Positions 29,999 through 32,286 of a DNA stretch of 32,286 bases are shown here, piece by piece; the first letter of the stretch is position 1, and each line of letters starts with the position of its first letter. The notes beneath the pieces were generated by a model. That model was not told the DNA's origin. It searched no databases and worked only from the letters and a program-made list of their open reading frames with translations. Made by a program: the position numbers and the translations under genes. This DNA comes from Planctomycetia bacterium (GTDB lineage Bacteria > Planctomycetota > Planctomycetia > Gemmatales > Gemmataceae). Where the stretch lies: NCBI GenBank assembly GCA_022616395.1, contig JAKEEV010001071.1:1-32286 (forward strand). Reading direction: 5' to 3'.

Positions 29999-31291
29999 TT
30001 AGCTGAAGAGTCCGCGAATGACCGAGCCTTCGCGGACGATCATTACCGGGCGACCGGTCGCGGTGTGGTACTCCTTCTTATGATCGATGCCAAGCGTGTG
30101 ATAGAAGGACGCGGCCAGTTGATCCGGCGAAAACCCATCATCCGCCGGCCCCATTCCCTTCTCGTCGCTTGCGCCAACCGCTTGCCCGCCCTTGATTCCT
30201 CCGCCCGCGAGAAGCGCCGTCATCGCGCGCGGCCAGTGATCGCGGCCAGAGCGCGCGTTGACCTTCGGCGTGCGGCCGAACTCACCCACCATGAACACGG
30301 TTGTTGTGTCGAGCAATCCGCGCTCCTTCAGGCACGATATGAGCGCGGAGAGGCCCGTGTCGAGTTGCGGCAGGAGGTTATCTTTCAAGCTCTTGAAGTT
30401 GTTGTTGTGCGTGTCCCATCCGCCGAAACTCACGGTGACGAACCGCACGCCGGCCGAGACCAGACGCAGCGCGAGAAGGCAACTCATTCCGAATCGCCCA
30501 TCACCGAATGGCTTGGCGACTTCCGGCTTCTCGCGACTCACATCGAACGCTTCGCGTGCCTTCGGTGAGCGAATCATGTCGAACGCCTGCTGAGCGAACG
30601 TGTCCAGTCCGTCGATGAGTTTGCTATTCGCTTCCGCGCCTTTGAACGTGGTGTCGAGTTCGGTGAGCAATTTTTGCCGCTTCTCGAACTCCTCGACGGT
30701 CAGTCCATTGCCGAGCGAGATTCCGCGAACCGAGAACACGATACCCGGCTTCGGCACATCGTTTGTTAGAAGCGGCGCGTACCTCACTCCGAGGTAACCG
30801 GCCTTCTGTGGAGTGCCTGGGATGGCGACGAAGTGAGGAAGATCCTTGTCGCCGATCACTTCCTTGCTGACGACCGCACCGAAACCCGGATAGACGAGCG
30901 ATGGAATCGGCCTACTGCCCGCGTTGAGGTATTCCGTGCCGAGTTCGTGACCCGCGAGCGTGTGCGTGATGCCGCGAACAATGGCGAAAGTGTCCGCGAG
31001 CCTCGCGAGCTTGGGCAAGTGTTCGCAGATGCGGACGCCGGTCGCGTTGGTGTCGAGGGGCTTGAACTCTCCGCGAATCTCAGGCGGCGCATCGGGCTTG
31101 GGGTCGAAGGTGTCGATGTGGCTTGGCCCGCCTCCGAGCCAGACGAAGATCGCATTTGTGGCCTTCGCGTTTTTCGCTTCGCCCGCGTGAGCCATGCGAA
31201 GATAGCCCGCGAGGCTCAGACCGGTTCCGAGCGCTCCGATGCGAACGAAATCCCGCCGCGAAATGCCGTCACAGAAGCGTTGAATCTTCAT
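29999..31291 (-). CDS. DUF1501 family Tat-exported protein
   Basis: CDGISRRDFVRIG, WLGGGPSHIDTFDPKP, GWDTH, GEFGRTP, GRDHWP, AGGG. Start MKIQRF at 31291. Confidence 0.92.
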   Translation of the reverse strand: MKIQRFCDGISRRDFVRIGALGTGLSLAGYLRMAHAGEAKNAKATNAIFVWLGGGPSHIDTFDPKPDAPPEIRGEFKPLDTNATGVRICEHLPKLARLADTFAIVRGITHTLAGHELGTEYLNAGSRPIPSLVYPGFGAVVSKEVIGDKDLPHFVAIPGTPQKAGYLGVRYAPLLTNDVPKPGIVFSVRGISLGNGLTVEEFEKRQKLLTELDTTFKGAEANSKLIDGLDTFAQQAFDMIRSPKAREAFDVSREKPEVAKPFGDGRFGMSCLLALRLVSAGVRFVTVSFGGWDTHNNNFKSLKDNLLPQLDTGLSALISCLKERGLLDTTTVFMVGEFGRTPKVNARSGRDHWPRAMTALLAGGGIKGGQAVGASDEKGMGPADDGFSPDQLAASFYHTLGIDHKKEYHTATGRPVMIVREGSVIRGLFS

Positions 31292-31355
31292 GATGGGTCG
31301 TGTGTAAGGTGTCTGGGTTGTGTCTCGAGCGTTTTTCAAGTTCGTGGAGCGTTTT

Positions 31356-31482
31356 AACGAGCCGCGACCGCAAGGGAGCGTGTCTTCCTCATGGACCGCG
31401 GCCGTCCCGGCCGCATGTGACAAGCGGGCAAGATGCCCGCGGTCCAGACAAGACTCCCGCTCCCTTGCGGTCGCGGCTCGTT
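31356..31482. repeat. Nested palindromic element: one REP-like doublet inside another
   Basis: Outer arms AACGAGCCGCGACCGCAAGGGAGCG / CGCTCCCTTGCGGTCGCGGCTCGTT (25 bp, perfect). Inner 31392-31446 TGGACCGCGGCCGTCCCGGCCGC / GCGGGCAAGATGCCCGCGGTCCA. Confidence 0.9.
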
Positions 31483-31530
31483 GAAAAATGCAACACCATC
31501 AACGCTCCCCTTCGGGTCGGTGCTAACCGA

Positions 31531-32286
31531 TTAGCGATTCACGATGAACTCTTTGGTGTTGAGCAGCACCCAGAGCAGATCGCGCAAGCCGCTCTGCGTG
31601 TCCTTCGCATCGGCAAGGTACTTCTTGGCGATGCCCGCTTCGCGCTCATCCGGGAAGCGGTTGAGCACGCGAAGGTAGGCTTGCTTCACCAGCAGGTCCG
31701 CATCGGTCACTTTCGACTTCGCGACCTGCTTGAGCCACCCTTCCGGGCGGTCGAGCAACTTCAATACTTCGGGATCGTTGCGGAGGTAGACCGTTTGAAG
31801 GACGGCCGGTTCGTCCGAGCGCTCGCAGTCGCAGTTCGTTGCTCGTTGGGGTTTGCCGAAGAGGTTGACGGCATACGCGCTGTCATTGGCGCGAGTGCCC
31901 GCGAACCCGCTCGCTCGACCGATGGCGCGCAAGCCCGCGGGGTCGTCGTTGAGCTTCTTCCGTTCGTCCTCGGACGCGGTGACCAGCGCGATTGCATCGA
32001 TTATCACTTCCGCCGGTAGTCGGCGCAGCACCGCGCGGCTGTGATTCTTCTCATCGTACTTGTTTGTCTCGTTCGGCTTCCAGCTTCGCTGGTAGGCGTG
32101 ACTGCTGACGATTGTGCGGTGCAGCCACTTCATGTCGTACTTGCTCTTCACGAAGCCATCGGCGAGATAGTCGAGCAACTCCGGGTTACTCGGCGGGTTG
32201 GCGAGGTTGAGATCGTCCGGTGGGTGAATCAACCCCGCTCCGAAGTAGTTCGTCCAGACGCGATTGACGAACGCTCGCGCGAAGTA
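31531..32286 (-). CDS. DUF1553 (PSD1)-containing protein, C-terminal part; 5' end outside the window
   Basis: YFARAFVNRVW..YFG.G, NPPSNPELLDYLA, RRLPAEVIIDA, FGKPQR..CDCER, DLLWVLLNTKEF. Directly upstream of DUF1501, the usual arrangement. Confidence 0.9.
   Translation of the reverse strand, partial: YFARAFVNRVWTNYFGAGLIHPPDDLNLANPPSNPELLDYLADGFVKSKYDMKWLHRTIVSSHAYQRSWKPNETNKYDEKNHSRAVLRRLPAEVIIDAIALVTASEDERKKLNDDPAGLRAIGRASGFAGTRANDSAYAVNLFGKPQRATNCDCERSDEPAVLQTVYLRNDPEVLKLLDRPEGWLKQVAKSKVTDADLLVKQAYLRVLNRFPDEREAGIAKKYLADAKDTQSGLRDLLWVLLNTKEFIVNR

Overview
High-GC bacterial DNA, very likely a planctomycete (Gemmataceae-like; inferred from DUF1501/DUF1553 genes, ECF sigma/Ser-Thr kinase pairs and a 'protocadherin-like' protein). 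The centre is a run of 16 co-directional minus-strand genes (25190->3991) for carbon storage and fermentation: YHS-like protein, ldh, phosphoketolase, glgP, DUF2254 (in-frame TAG), BASS symporter (frameshift), MtnX-like HAD phosphatase, glycerol-1-P-dehydrogenase-like enzyme, ppk2, NTF2-like protein, Gly-rich exported protein, small protein, GH63 glucosidase, DUF3302/HlyD pair and glgX. A sigma54-like promoter precedes the run. Two divergent ECF-sigma/Hanks-kinase modules bracket it in mirror arrangement. One kinase ends in WD40 repeats and carries an in-frame palindromic heptamer-repeat insertion inside its catalytic domain. The other joins an HxxxCxxC anti-sigma-like finger, a kinase domain and an extracytoplasmic CxxCH (DUF3365-like) sensor. 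Many intergenic gaps hold REP/REPIN-like palindromes of several families, one of them nested. I saw no rRNA, tRNA, CRISPR array or transposase. All family calls come from motif recognition by eye; no database search was run.
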